This document shows, piece by piece, positions 15,056 through 30,178 of a stretch of DNA of 64,000 nucleotides. How positions within the stretch are numbered: the first letter of the stretch is position 1; each line of letters opens with the position of its first letter. The stretch lies in assembly GCA_964106645.2 (NCBI GenBank), contig OZ067045.1. The stretch is one strand, 5' to 3'. The translations under genes were made by a program, and so were the position numbers. The notes beneath the pieces are model-generated. The model was not told the DNA's origin and made no database searches. It saw nothing but the letters and a program-made list of their open reading frames with translations. The DNA is from Podarcis pityusensis (taxonomy: Eukaryota).

Positions 15056-18000
15056 AGGCTTCCCATTTTTGTTTTCCTGGGAGTTTTCTCTCCACTGCTC
15101 CTCATTTAAATATATGCAGCTTTGAAAGGCCTATCTTATCTGTGATTGAGCAACAGAAAAAAGAATGAAAAAATCCCAGCTGGGGCAGGAACACAATGAT
15201 CAAACTTCTTTAAACCTGGCCAGGTGACATCTCAGCCGCAGACCTGCCACTGGTGCCTGCCTATTGGCCATGGAGCCAAGCAAGTTCCAACTAAAGATTT
15301 GCCAATTTCCTCTTCGTATAGAAGTAATTATACTCAGTTAACACTCACACACATACGAGAACAGCTTTAATGCAAGCTTTAATTGTAAACTGCAGAACTA
15401 GAGGGCATCAGTAAATCTGACTCTATGTGGTTCAGACTGCATCAGAAATCCCCCACTGTAGTGGTTAAATTAATTAGCATGCTATAGCTAGCAAGATTAT
15501 CACCAGCGACTGCTGTTATGAATGGTTACTGTGTAATTATGTTACATGAATTTGGGCTTTGTAGAAAAACAGAACTGACCTACATTTCATAGCCACTTGG
15601 CTTAGCAGTTTACAAAACGTTTCTTTTCCATCCGTGTGTCTGCTGAAGGAGGGCAGGATGTCATGGCAGACGATTCTAGTCTGGTTTCACCACAGGAAGA
15701 TCTTTAAGGTGCTGCAAGACTTCTGCAGCTGTTCTAAGGGTAAGGTGGATGCACCACAGAGATCAGTAGCACACAGCAATAAACCACTGGAGTCAAAGCA
15801 AGCTGCTACTGCACTCCCCAAATGCACACTAAAATATTCACATTTGCTGTAAATATAGCTTGTATGGTAGATGAGGAAGTGGTGTGTGTGTGTGTGTGTG
15901 TGTGTGTGTGGCTTTAGGGGCACCAAGGAACTGAAAGGAAGCACCGACTTCCCAAAAATTTGTAGCGCCAGTTTTTCCAAAGCTCACACTGAAAATCATA
16001 GCAGAAGAATGGGGGAATCTCAAATCTGTAAAAAAAAATACATACTTGAGCCAGGGAATGCCACAGGGATGAGAGATACATGATTCTTGAAGACAGCAGA
16101 CTGGGCTATCTCATGAACAGTCTCCGGTGCAAATTGCTTTTACCCAAAGATAACAGAGCTTCATAAGTGAAATGTTCTTCTCAAATACTCCAATCTAAAT
16201 AAAACAGGCATTTTGGAGTGAGAAGGGCCATGGTTCAGTGGTCAAGCAAACACATGTAAGCAAAAGATTCCAGGTTCAATCTTTGGAATTTCTGGTTAAA
16301 AAGAACCTCAGGCAACAGAGCTGAGAAAGACCTTTGTTAGAGACCTTGGACAGCACTAGGCTTGAAAGGCCAATGGCCTCTCTCAGTGAATATGTAAAGC
16401 AGGACTGACCAAGATGATGCCCTTCAGATGCTGTTGGCCTCCAACACGCGTCAGCCCTAACCCAACCAGCATGGCCAAGGGTTATTTGTTATTTGAATGC
16501 CATGTTGTTTTCACCCTCTCCCACTGTCACTAATATATGCATGTTTAGGCACGCATTCAGTTTTGTACACATCCCATGCACTTCAAAAGCTGGAGAAGGG
16601 CAAATTCCAAAGAATGGCTATGCTTCGGTTTGTATGTTGTTCTGGAAAGTTTGAACTGGGTAGATTTAAATGCAAGCAGAATCAAATTTCTCCCCCACCC
16701 CAGCCATGGATTACAGAACTGGGGAAAAGTCCTCCCGGAGAACATTTGGAATCTGCTTTTGGTCAGGTTGATGGCACTGGGACCAAGTGGATCATTGGCC
16801 AAAATAAATATGATACGATTCCTTAGATTCCTTAGAACTCTCACTGTAAGTCCTTGGTAAGAAAAAGTGTGTCTGTGCTGTGTGTCCTATGTAGCTTTGT
16901 TCACAAAGGTTGCTCCTTTTGCATAATTACATGGTTCCCTTCCCCACTCCAGCCCCTGTTCAAATGGGTCTGTTTGTTCATAAGGTGCTGTGCAAATCAG
17001 AACACTGTTTGCCCTGACATACACTTAAAGACTTCTCGTTTCAAACAAAGCATAATAACAGGGCGGTGCAGCAATTATCCCCAGAGATCTCATCTCAGTA
17101 GTATGTTGGGCAACAGAAACGGAAAAAAACTACAATTAACTAATCTAGGAACTGGTTCGCACATGCGCAGGCTCATCCCTCGAAGGCTGAAACATCAAGC
17201 CACAATTTACGACTTAAAATGTGAAGGAGTCAACACGGATCCAACACCACAGACAGAAATTTCACACTTGCGGAAGCATGGATTTTAAAAATCAACACAT
17301 CGCACCTGTATGTGGGAATGGGGTAGAAAGTCATTCGGACTGCATAATTTGTAGTTACCGAACCAATTTGCAAACCAAAACAAAGCTATCCTTCAAACTT
17401 GCACTTTCCTGAATCTTGCAATCTTCCAACACACACAAAATCCACGCAATATATATTAAACACATATTAATATATTAAAAATTAAAAATAATAAATATAT
17501 TAAATATATATTAAATAAACATATATGAAACACACAAAAATATATTAGAGGAAAGTGCATAAAATGCTTATATTAATGGGAATAATGTACAGCATTTGGG
17601 AAATCAGCTTTTAAATGCACATTTTAGGCAAAGCTGCATACAAGGATGTGTATATTAGAAGATCTTCACCAGTAGCCAGTGCCCTTGATGTAAGCTGCAG
17701 CAATGCCCATGTCAGAAGGGCAGATCTATGGGTCTGTCCCACCACACTACTGCAAGCCAGAGATCTATTCTTCTGAACAGCTTGGTGAAGATTTTGACCC
17801 AGTGTTCAGTGGCTGGGAAAAACTCAAATTTCTTTCTAGGGATCATTAGGAAAGGGTTTGGAAAAAAAAAACCCCTACCAATATCATAATGCCATTATTC
17901 AAATCTATGGTGTGGCCCTGCTTAGGATACTGGGTGTAGTTCTGTTCACCTCACCTCAAAGACGATATTGTAGTGTACTGTTTGGCCACTGTGAGAACAG

Positions 18001-21000
18001 GATGCTGGACCAGATGGGTCTTTTGTGGGATCCAATTATGGGGCTCTCGTCTTATGTTCCTTTGCAAAGATAGACAGAAGTTATATGGCCAAGCAAACAC
18101 TACACGTGTTGCCCAGGATAAGAATACAGCAAAATCAAAACAACAGGCCTATTTCTAAATTCATTTTCACCCTCTGCAAAACCTAGGAGCCATTTCCAGC
18201 TTTGCTCCCCTCCCACTTTTTATTCGTGTTATTTTCCAATTGGGTCTTGTCACTGTAATTAGGGGTAGCTGAATCAGTCTAATTCCAGGCCATGTCTCTT
18301 CTTTATGTAGGCATGCTGCTCAATTCAGCAATAATGTGCACAAAAAAGAGCACATTTAAATACACATTCGTAAATGTGTTGCCTCTCCAAATACATATTT
18401 TAAAAGGACTTGGGGTTTTTGAGCTGAACATTACATTGAACTTCCCAGAATGGTGGAAGCCCATGGATAATTAGGTTGCAATCTGCATATTAGTGCAGGA
18501 GGTGCTGTGTTCTGGAGTGTGACTGGATAAGAGGAGGGAACTGCATGAAGGATGGAGCATGAAGGTCAAGGAGTCAGGGTGAAAGTTTATGGGGAGGGGG
18601 GATGTCAGGGAAGGCCCAGCTGGGATTAAAGCAGTTGGTGGGTTGAAGGTTCTTAGGTTAGGAACTAGTTCAGGAGACATCTCATGCTTCGAAGCATGTT
18701 TTGAAGCAGGCTTAGCTTAGTTTCCCTTTTCCCCCTGAACAAAATCTGCCAATCTCCATCCTGGTGTCTCGCGGGGAACTTACATTTTAAGGGTTTGAGC
18801 ACCCATTTTGAAGCAAAGTGTTCATAGTGAGGTCTGGACAGCACTTTATCACACTTTCCCTATGTTTCCTTAGATGATAATTTCTACATTTTATGTGACC
18901 TTTCACACAATGTAAAAGCCACTTCTGGAAAAGGACTGGAATCTAGCAGAAGTTTCATGCTCATTTCTGTGTTATTTGCTTACAGGGTCAACCTCATTAA
19001 CCTGGAAAATTACAGGAGTTTTCGCACTGCAATTCCACATGACAAAATTCAGGATCATGTTCTGTTCTATACAGTACAGTTCTTTCTTTCCATTTAAAAC
19101 ATGACAGTGTATTGATCAAAATGTCACAGTTCCATAATGTAGTAGTTAATGCAGTGTAAAAGGAACATTAGAACCTGGGCTAGAAGTGCTAGCATTATAA
19201 TCAGGAAAATTAATGCAATGATCCCATCCAATTGCACCCCATGACAGAGCAGATCATTTCAGTTTGTACTGGAATTCACAAATCCCCCCTTACTAGCTGT
19301 GATCGTTTGATGTCAGCAGGTAAATATCTCCTTACACAGCACTTGCATGCTGCATGATTTGCTGGTGTGATGTCACATTGTGACCAACACAGAACTTTAT
19401 TGGCCGCACAGAATCACATGTTTTACAGACGTCACTGACAACTAAGAAGATGGCTGATCAGCTGTAGTGTCCCAACTTCTCCTGAAAGACTCATCTGGTG
19501 CCACAATTGCATTCTTTAGACATACATAACATATCTATATTTTAAAAAAGCAATGGCTCAAGATTCTGAAGTGCTTTTTACATATTGTTGATTCTTTTTT
19601 ATTGATTGGCTGGTTATATATGTGTGGCTATCTGCATCTAATGTGTGTGCGTACGTCTGTGTGTGTATAGTAAATCACCCTGAGATAAATTTGGTTGGTG
19701 GGAGGTATTGAAGTTTTATCAATGCATATTAAAGTATTAGCAATGCACATATACATATGTCTCTATTCTTTAAAAAATTATTTTCTGCTGTTTTCAAATC
19801 ATTTATAAAATTCCTTTTCTCTGGGTTTTGTTTTTGTTTTTTTAATGGTATGCCCATAAATTGCTGTGAGCGTGGAAGGCTTTCCTGGAATTTGGCTTGA
19901 AAGAGGTGCTCTATCATAGTCCATAGAATCAGTGGCAGTATATGCTTTGTTGCAATGTAAGTGTAGCATCCATGACAGCTTCTCCCATTGGCAAATGTCC
20001 CCCAGGACCCAAAAGATTGCTGACCTCTGGTATCCATGCTTACCTGGGAATAAGTCCCATTGCCCTCAGTCAATGGATTGTACTATGAAAGCTCCAGTTT
20101 CTGTGACACCCCCCATTCTTTGTGGGAAAACAAAAGCGGGCAAGGATTCATTTACTGCATGCTAAGAAGTAGCACAAAATCTTTGTTGCATCCAAATTTA
20201 GTGGGACCCAGCAATTGTCAAAGGACCCTTGTAGCTGGCAGTCTGCCTAATGAATATTCCATCAGACAAAATCCTTTGGGACACTATTCCTCTCATTAGA
20301 CAAGAGCCTCTGCCCTTTGTTCAGAGCTCTTCAATAATATTCAGCACAAAGGTTTAAAAGGAACTTGGGTTGGTGGGGGAGAAAGAGTTATTCATGTTTA
20401 AAGCAACATCTGAAACCCGAGAGATGACGGAAGGGCCACTGGGAAGCCGCCGCAGCTCTTTGGACCTCATTTTCGCACCGCTAAGCGGGCTTTGTACACA
20501 GCGCCAAGGTGTTTGGTTTTCAAAAGGCCTTTATGATCCCCTAATAGTTGGTGCTTGGAGAGAAGCAGGTATTAATCATGCAAAGCCGTTTTGTGAACGA
20601 GGATCGCTCCAAGGGGCAGGTAAAACCTTTCCTGTCAAGTGCCGCCTGGGTCCAGAAGTAAAGTCTTTCAAAATGACTCGGCAGAAGGAGGATGGGGACA
20701 ACTGACTGCTTCAACCGCGTTATTGCAAAAACAGGCAAAATTACATACAAAAATGTGTCAATCAGGTGAAATGCACACAAAAATGGATACACATTTTCAT
20801 GCGGAGTTCTGTTTTGTTTTTAATCATGATCACAAACTGATGTGGAAATGAGCAGAAAGCTTAAGGTTGGGAAAATGAGAGAAACTGAAATTTAGAGATT
20901 CACCTGTCTCTACCTTCATGTAGCAGCCATGTACAGTAATCGTTCATACTCTTTTAGAACAGTCTTCAGAACTGTTCAGTTACTTGGGGAGGCTAAAACC

Positions 21001-21179
21001 ACCCTGAGCACCATTGATTCCAGGTTTTGGGGTGCTCTTTACCAACATGCTCTCAGTCCCCTCAATTTGTAGTGTAGAGGCCCAATTCTTTCTCCCTCTG
21101 CTGCTGACTTCAGCCAACTCCCCTGCCCCCAAACCATTTCTGAGAATTCTTTCACCAGCTTTCATGACTTCTGAATTTA

Positions 21180-21340
21180 GCATTGATCCAGACCTGGAGT
21201 GGGGGGCTGCATTGGCACCCCTCTGATGCCACCACAATCCCCATATGGGGATATTCCTGCATATTCCTGCATTGTAGGGGGTTGGCCTAGATTATCCTCA
21301 GGATCCCTCCCAACTCTACAATTCTATGGTTCTGTGATCA
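21180..21340 (+). mobile_element. CR1 LINE 3' end
   Basis: cctgcattgtagggggttggcctagat…ccaactctacaattctatggttctgtga, i.e. the ATTCTRTG-type tail. Confidence 0.7.
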
Positions 21341-24300
21341 CCAGCTTTGAGACGAAAGGAGCACACAAGAAGGAGACTATGGAATGGAGGAGGAGGAGAA
21401 CCCATCTTCAGACCGTTTTAAGGTGTGGAGGATGGAAGAGGTAATCTAGAGACAGAAGCATAAAAGGCCTCATTCTGGCTGCAAGCTTTGCTGGAATAAG
21501 TGGGAACTGTCTGTGCTGAGGCAACTTTTGACCAGCCTCCAGCCTTGCCACCTCCTCCATAGGATCTGGCATCGGACCAGTATGGACAATACTGAGCTAG
21601 ATGGTCTGACTGTATAAAGCAGCTTCCTATGTTCCTATGCATGTCCACATGCCACAGCAAACACTCCAAAAAGAAGAAAATGTAATTGCTGTGTACAATG
21701 AATGATTCAGATGGCCCTTTGTTATGGGAATAGTGGTGCATTCCAGCCATGGCCAAAAAGTGTCCAGCCATATGCTGAATGATAGTGTGAATTGCCAAAG
21801 GTACCAAATTAAGCATTATCATCCAGAGTCTAGTTTTACATTCAGGCAGAAAGAGTATAAGGCACAGAGGACCCACTGCTGAGGTGCCTTCGGGATGAGA
21901 AATACATTTAGTATAATCCACTTGCTCTAGGCCAAAGCTTGGAGGGGGGGGAGAATCAATAAAAGATGTGAGAAAAATGAGAATAGCAAAGCCTGATAAG
22001 AAAAAAAAAGGAGCAGTTGTTCATACTCCAAATGAGAAATCCTCAAAAATTATAGTTTCATTTGCAAAAGACTATTCAGGATATTCTAGACCAGTCAAAA
22101 ACCATTTTCCTGAAGATAGCAAGCTATAACCAGAGTGACTTCACTGCTTAGGAATTAACCTAAATTGGAAGCCTAGTGCATATTATACAGATTATTATTA
22201 TATCTTGAACATTTATACATCAGGCTGATAAACCTCTTCTGGGGAATGCCTTGCTCTGGTCTTTGCGCCAAAGCTGTCTAATTCCTGTTAATTAAAAAAT
22301 AAAATTTCTGAACATGTCTTACTTCTCCACTTTATGGAGAATGTGTGTGTGTGTCTCCAAATACCAACCCAGCATCTACTTCCTCCCATATTGCCATTAA
22401 CATATACTTATATTAACTGCTCCAATAACACATTAATTAATTTAATAATAATAATAATAATAGTTTAAGTATTTACCCACCCTTCACCAGCAGATCCCAG
22501 GGCAGGTTACAACAACTTTAAAATTCAGAATTTAAAACACAGTGTTACACTTGATTAAGGAGCCATAGCTGCATGGTAGCTCCTTCTTTTCATGTTGAAG
22601 GTCCCAATCCCTGGCACCTCCAAGCAGGACTTACAATAAAGTAGGTAAACATGTAAACAACTGGTTATTATGTCCATGTGAAACATCCCTATGCACTTCC
22701 CAGTGTAACGTTAAGGGAGCCGTCTATGGCAGCTGCAAATGCTGATTCTTGCACCCTGAACCCTCCAATGAAGTCCCTGTTCAATGTTGCAGAACCTGTG
22801 GCTTTTTAGTTTAGAGAAAAGGCAGATAAGAAGCTGTATGACAGAAGTTTATGAAATTATCCATGCCGTGGAGAAAGTGGGCAGGGAAAGGTTTTTCTCC
22901 CTCTTTCATAGCACGGGATTCCTGAGCATCCAATGAAGCTGAATGAAGGAACATTCGGGAGGATGGAAAAAAGAAAGGACTTCTTCACATAGCATATAGT
23001 TCAACTATGGGACTTGCTCTAAATGGAGGCTGTGATGGCCACTAACTTAGACAAGTTCACTGAGGATTAGGCAACTAATCCACAGCCGCTGTCAGAGGCA
23101 GTAGGCCTCTCAATCACAGTTGCTAGGAACCACAGGCAGGCAGAGTGGCTGTTGTGCATAAGTCCTGCTTGGGCGCTTCTCACAGACTTCTGGCTGGCCA
23201 TTGTGAGAACAGGATGCTGGACTAGATCGGCCATTGACCTGACCCAGTAGGTTCTTCTTCTTGTGCTGCTCCACATGAGCCAAAGCAGGAAGGACGCCTT
23301 GTCTGCATTTCCTGTCCCCATCAATCAGACACCAGCTGCAGCTGCTCTAGGGATGAAAGTCTCAGTGGTGCACTTATCCACACATGCTAAAATTTCTCAT
23401 ATATTACGTATATACATTATTATACTTTTAATATTACGCACACATACACACACACCAATACACTCCAGGTTTCCTGCAGTAACCAGCACATAAACAACCT
23501 ATGCAATTATACTTCTAAAATTATGTAGCAGAAATATAGTACTGATTGGGGCTTGGCTATTTTATATGTATCTAATATACATATTCCTTTTCTGTGTCAT
23601 TTTGCACTTACGTAGTCAGGATTTCTTTCTTTCTTTACAATGATGTACAGACCTAAGCAAGTACTTGATGCAAGAGGTAGCCTCGTATAGGTAGAACTTG
23701 GATGCATCAGAAACACCAGCTTCTGTGTATAAATCTGTTAAAACTGATTCTTCCTTCATCTCTAAACTGATCTCCTCCACCCCTGTCCCCCTGTTTCCAC
23801 AAGGGAAGTCTTGTAGCCCCAGAAACAGCCTGGTGGGACTTCTGCTTAAGTTCACCTAAAATGCTGCAAGACCATCTCCACACAACTCTGTGCGTGCTGA
23901 GAACAACTTTTCATCCCCTGATCTACATAGGTAAACAGTGGAGAGGGCATTTCCTCCCCTCACATCTACAAATATGGTCTAACTTCATTAAATGTATAAA
24001 TTAGGGAGACACAATTTGATACCTACAAAGCTAAACAAACTCTATGCAGAAAATCAATTTTAATCCTGGAAATGTACAGCGGATAATGCAAATTTGTTGC
24101 ATACATTCTGAGATCGCCCAAGCGCAATGAGCTATCAAGGACAAATGGTGCAGATTATATATGAAATTATAAGAACAATATGTATAACTCCAAAGCTAAT
24201 TCTGTTCAATATATGGCTTGCGTGTATCCAACTAAGTTATACTCAGAGCAGGCCCACTGAATGAATGAACCTGTCCATTTCAGCCTCTGCAAAATCCTGA

Positions 24301-26472
24301 GACCACCACAAACCTCTCTGAAACATGAGCAGCTTCTAATTTTCATTTTTCATTGAGATGGCACCCTGGCAGTGTAATGGTAATTCATTGAAAGAAGAAT
24401 TAGAAGCTGTCTCTGCAGTACCTTACCCTGTTTTGGATTTGATCTTGCAAAAATATCCCTCTCAGGAATTACTTACATTTAAATTATAACTCCAGTTTGC
24501 CAGTGTTTGGACCTAAAAGCCATACTTTTTAAGTCACTGTTATTGCTGTAGTAGATTTAGGGGTATGAAAGGCCTTCTGTTTACTGCTTCATATTAACAA
24601 AGCATTTGTTTAGCAAGCAGATTGGATAGATGTTGCCACAAGACCTTAAATTATAAAACCAGCCCCTCACTTGGGCGCTTTTTTCTTTTCTTTTTTGAGA
24701 GTAAAATGACAGTCCTCATGGAGGGCTAGAGTAAATCAAATACGACTCTGTCCATCTTGCTTTGGGCAAACTTCCCTAATGAATGTACAATAGCATTTCC
24801 CAACATCTCTTATTCTAGGACCTCACTTAGGAACTTAGGAAATCAAAGAACTATTCTGCTTATAGAATCATAGAATTATGGAAGGGACCCAAGGGTCATC
24901 TAGTCCAACCCCCTATGTTCTGAATTTTCACATCAGTATCTGATAAAGATCTCTCTTTAGGATCTATCAATTTCTGAACCTTTCTCTTCCTTTTTTTTGC
25001 AGGTGTCTGTGGTGGCAACTGGATTGCGAGAGAATGGCCTAGTGACTATCTTGTTGTCAACTTGATGTGAGATAAATACATTTTTTAAAATTTGCATGCC
25101 TCTTAAAATTTGTCATCGCCTTTGAAATCTGTTGTGAACTGGTAAATTTGTTTCAGCCTAGTTTTTATTTTCTGCTGCCCTCTGCTGCATTCTGCTTTCA
25201 ATTGTTGTATTGTGGCTGTACACAGAGGCAGCCCACCCTGTTTCACCACCTGAGGAGAAATGGGAATCACTGCCTCTGGCCCTGCCGCCCCTGTGCTGGA
25301 ACGGCTCGCTCTTGGCGGAGGCAGGGGGGCAGGCAAAGTGCCACCTCTTGCACTTCTGCCGCCTGAGGCACACACTTCACCCCGCTTCATGGGCAGGCCG
25401 GCTCTGGCTGTGCAGTAGACCCGCAACTCCCATATGTTACACGGCTGAAGATCAGCCAGTTGAAATCACGCAGATTTGATGCATGGAAGGTGCAATGGAA
25501 GGTGGATGGAAGGTTTAAAAGCTATTTTTGCACAGGGCTTTCCCAGCACGGAAAGCACTTTTAAGCTCTCCGCCTTGCTCTGGGAGGCTCTTGCACAGGC
25601 TCTGAAGGCTCTCAAGAGATTTTGCAGGAACTCAGATGGCCCTGAAATGTCTCCTGACAGTGTCTCAGAGCCCAGAGAGCTGCCTTGCTTGTGGGGTAAG
25701 ACTTGTTTGGCGTGCCTCCTCCAGAAGGTAAGGTAGCTCATGTGGGGGCAGTTCCAAGATACGCACACTATCGCTGGAACCTCATTCCCGTACACGTTGT
25801 GTGTGGAGTGTATTTATAATCTTATATTCATTCTGTAGGCTGCCCAGATAACAAACGTTTATAAGGCAGGCTATGAATATAAGTAACTACATAAGTAAAT
25901 GAACAGATAATGAAATAATTGTCAGGTTGTAAGGTTCTAGTCCATATGGGCAGCCTCCCAGTATTTTGCACTGCATTACTTAAAAGCCTTCCCCTAGTCT
26001 ATGGCCCCTTTCCTGCAGAGGTGCATGGTGAGGCAAAGTCATTTTCCACCAGGGAACTCACTGAGGTATGCCTTGCTCAGCTTCCCATGATTCCTAGAAA
26101 TGGACATTGCAAGCTCACTGGACCGATTAATCAATTGGTTAAAAGACACCCTGAAGAATATTGATAGACAGGAAGATGGACAGATAGGCAGATGATAGAC
26201 AGGCGGACAGATAACAGGAATCATAGTTCTCCCTGGAATCAAACCTCTACTGTATAAAATGTGATACCAGCACTTCAATCCTGTGCATCTCTACTCCAAA
26301 GTAAACCTTATTTAATTCAGTGGGACTTACTCGCAAGTAACCACGTAGCCAGAGTTGTCTTTGCTATATCAGCTGATCATTTCCCCAGAGCATTGAGATA
26401 TAAAGGAGAAAGTTTGCAAAAGGAGGGTGTTTGCAGGATTTCTTTTGCAAAACTGGTGTGAGAAGATATAGG

Positions 26473-26506
<34 letters not shown>

Positions 26507-27433
26507 ATGTTGTTTAACAGATCAGGGAAATCTATAAAATAATGCTGAAGATCAAGCCTATTAGGCTGCCACCCATATGAACTCATCATCACACGGAGTG
26601 GCTGTCGGGCAAATGTTCCATGTCTGCATGGCTCTCCAGTCTGAATGACCCTATTCCCTAGCAAGTGTGTCTAGAATTGCAGCCCGAAGTTTCTTTTTAA
26701 TGTGTCTCCTGCCTTGGGCAACAGTATGATTCTGTTTTCCTTGTTCAATCAGGTTAGCACGGAAAGTGCTTCAGCGACATTCCCTTGTCATGTAGTTGTC
26801 CTGTATTTTAGCGCAACAAGGGAAGCGTTCAGTTGTAAACACTGAAAGGGAATACTTGTTCATCTATTGGGCTGCTGAAGTCCCGGGAATATGATAGTCG
26901 AGTGGCAAAATTGCGAAGCTAAAAATAAGATTGGAGACAGACCTTCTAATCAAATGAAAGCAGAAAACAAAAAGATCAGAGCACCCACCATCTCTTGCGC
27001 AGAGGATGTTGAATTCTATGCAAAATGCAATCATGGTTTTCAGAGGGGTTCTCAAATCAGTCTGCTACAACAAAATACCAATGAATCTGGCATAGGGATG
27101 GAAGCGAAATTTGATTCAAATTGGAATTAAATGTGAATCAAACTAATTTGCACTAAAAATAATAATACGCAAATGGAAATGCATCCTTTGAAATTAGCAC
27201 TTTTCTAGATATTGCAATGCAATGCAGCTCTCCATCCCAGTTAGATGTACAAAAATGGATACCCTCCAGTAAAGTGAGCCTAAAAATGGATATATTGATG
27301 ACAATAACATACATATTAGGAAAAAAATGGACTGCGATGCTGATGTATTTTCATGATGACTTTAAAAAAAAAAAGAACTTGCAAACTGATTTGGAGACCT
27401 ACAGGCAAAGCTTTGGTGGACTAGAGTCTACAT

Positions 27434-27569
27434 CAGCCTTTCTCAACCTTGGGTCCCTAGATGCTGTTGGACTACAGTTCCCATTATTCCTAGCCAGTAT
27501 GGCCAGTGCTTGTGGATAATGGGAGCTGTAGTTCAAGAACATCTGGGGACCCAAGGTTAAGATAGGCTG
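27434..27569. mobile_element. Short palindromic hAT MITE
   Basis: CAGCCT...AGGCTG termini and internal palindrome. Perfect 8-bp TSD gtctacat at 27426-27433 and 27570-27577. Confidence 0.88.
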
Positions 27570-28374
27570 GTCTACATCATCAGATGCATGAAGTGTCCTT
27601 CTCAGTTGGCAGAAACAGATGCCTGCAAGGGCAAACGAGTGGCCTTAAGCTCTTCAGATCTGCCTCTTTAGCAACATGGGACTGGGTTCCAAAACATCCT
27701 GCTTTAATAGACATTCTTTCTCTCTAGTGAGCCCTGAGAACTGTAGCTGGGGTGCAGAGGAGAGGGACATTGCACTGAGCACACAGCCACAATTTTAGGC
27801 AGGTAATGTTGCATGTGACATTCTGTGCAAGCTGCAGGCTTTGTGTTTGCCTTTTTATTTATTTTTATTCTTTAACTACTGATGAAATCAGATGTTAAAA
27901 AAATATAAATAATCCAAAATATAAATAAAACCAGCAGTTTTTAGCATACGCATCATAAAACAAAATGGTGTATTGAAAAAACATACCACATTTACAAGTA
28001 TGGGTGCAGTAAGCTTGCTTAAACAAAAACAAAGGTTTATATCTGTTATTGTTCCTTGCTGGGTTAGGTTACTTGGGAGACCGGGATTTGTTAAGTCAGT
28101 AACAGGAGGGGCAAAGTGGTTAGCCCTGACCCAGCTGCCAAACTGTTGAAGCCACCACAAACCTACAAAGGAGAATTCCTTGAGCGAGGTCTAAAGTGAT
28201 AAGGGAGGATCCCTTGAGTGCAAAAAGAGAGAGCAGCAAGCTGCCTTTCAGCTATGTCTCTTGGGCAGGGTATGCGCCAGGGGAAAGGAGTTTAACCGAG
28301 GCGACAGCTGTGGAAAGCAACAACTTTGCCTTTTGTAGCATGCTGCTGCAGGCATATCTAAAATCACTGCCTAA

Positions 28375-28686
28375 TAGGGCGGTTCATAAAAAACTATTTT
28401 TTGAAAATGCCTGTTCCAAAGGTCTGGTCTTACTACACTAGGGATTATATAGCTTTATCTGAAATTTCATGCATATCAGTTAATATCTTGACCCTACTCC
28501 ACTGAATTGAAATTTCAGCCTTCACGACATAGGGAAACGGCCAAGTAAACAGCTATTTTTGTGGAGGAGGGTCGAGATATTAACCGATATGCATGAAATT
28601 TCAGATATAGCTATATAATCCCTAGTGTAGTAAGATAAGACCTTTGGAGCAGCCATTAAAAAAAAAGTTTTTTATGAACCACCCTA
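28375..28686. mobile_element. hAT-type fold-back MITE (312 bp)
   Basis: Termini TAGGGCGGTT.../...AACCACCCTA with ~125-bp near-perfect inverted arms. Perfect 8-bp TSD ctgcctaa at 28367-28374 and 28687-28694. Confidence 0.92.
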
Positions 28687-29760
28687 CTGCCTAAACAGGG
28701 ATCAAGGGCAGGTCTTGACGGAGCCTGGGTACACAGGGCTCAGACTTGGAAATTATCTGAGCGTTCTTCACTCCTGTATTCAACAATATGGGAAAGGGGC
28801 AAGCCACCCATTAAGAAAACAGAAGCAATTCCTCAGGGCAGCAGGCTCAGAACCATTGAGAGGGGAGGCAGATCTGGGCCCCCAAGGAGAAAGCTGCTCA
28901 TTGCCTGCCTCCTCCATTGCCTCCTACCCCCCTCTCACATCCTTCTCTGTCTCTGTCCGCCCCCACTGCCACCGGCACCCCCCCCAGTCTCTTTTTCAGA
29001 CCTCCTTTTTCTCCCCTTTTTCTTGGCAGTTGGGGTGGAAGCAAAAGAGGAGCTTGCATCAGGGACCGGGGAAGAGTCAGTATCAAGGTGACATCAAGGT
29101 GGGAAAGGCAGCACTTCCCATTTTGGCTCAACGGCAAAATGTGTTGGGCCAGCCCTGATATGGGAGCACCCCTCCCTCAACATGCATGCATGCAACATAA
29201 ATGTGCTGTGTATCCCCCCCCCCCCCCAGCATACGTCCATTATGGATGCGACCAGGGGGCCAGTGACAGTGGCAATATGTGCCTATAGATGTCCCTTTAG
29301 TGCAGGAGTGAGGAACTTGTGGCTCTCAATATGTTATTGGACTCCCAGTTTCCCATTAATCCCTGGCCATGTTAGCTGGGACTGGTGAGAGCTGAGGTCC
29401 ATTGACACCTGAAAGGCACCATGTCCCTCCTCTCTAGTGTTTTGGGAGCTGCTCTTGTGGGCGCAGCAAGCATTCCATTAAACACATTGGGAAAGTGGTT
29501 CTAAGAGCTGGACCAGATAAGCAGAACCCTTGTGGGGTGTACCTATTGCCGGGATGTACCACTGCAGTCTGTGGGGGCGGGGGGGGGGGCATAACTCGTG
29601 TTTGAAACATCTTCCCTTAAGAATCATTACCTCTTAATTAAGATATGGTCATAAAGTACAAGCCTAGAACCTTATCCTTGACATGCTAATTTTAGGCGTG
29701 AATAGTGCATTTAATGTGTATGGCATTTGTACAACTGACACCCCTCTCCTCCGTTTCTTG

Positions 29761-29898
29761 CAGTGGTTCTGAACCTGTGGGTCCCCAGATGTTGTTGGAC
29801 TACAACTCCCATCATCCCTGAGCTCTCGCCTTGCTAGCTAGGGGTGATGGGAGTTGCAGTTCAACAACATCTGGGGACCCACAGGTTGAGAAAGGCTG
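29761..29898. mobile_element. Short palindromic hAT MITE
   Basis: Inverted arms aacctgtgggtccccagatgttgttggactacaactcccatca / tgatgggagttgcagttcaacaacatctggggacccacaggtt. Confidence 0.8.
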
Positions 29899-29986
29899 GA
29901 TAGCATGAAACAGTAATGCCCAGTACCACATGGGAGATCTACTCTTCTGTTTTATCTCTCAGCTGACTCTATTTTCTGTACAGTGA

Positions 29987-30178
29987 GGGCTGTGGCTCTG
30001 TAGTACAGCATCTGCTTTGCATGCAGACGGTTCTAGGTTCAATTTTTTTGTCATCTTTAGGTTGGACTGGGACAGACTTCCCTGTCTGAAACCCCAGAGA
30101 GCTGCTGCCAGTCAGTGTAGCCATTACTGAGCTAGATGAGCCAAAGATCTGATTCAGTATAAGGCAGCTTCCTATGCT
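29987..30178 (+). mobile_element. tRNA-derived SINE (Squam3-like)
   Basis: tRNA-like head (…agcatctgctttgcatgcag…ggttcaa…), body ctgccagtcagtgtag…ctagatg and tail aaggcagcttcctatg. Related copies near 16225, 39455 (interrupted), 52900 (-), 60870 and 62560 (-). Confidence 0.75.

Noticed and set aside
24978-25070. Strong plus-strand splice acceptor at ~25002 (others at ~8279, ~18983; donor ~25727)
   Set aside because: Could not be linked into a consistent exon chain or reading frame from sequence alone.
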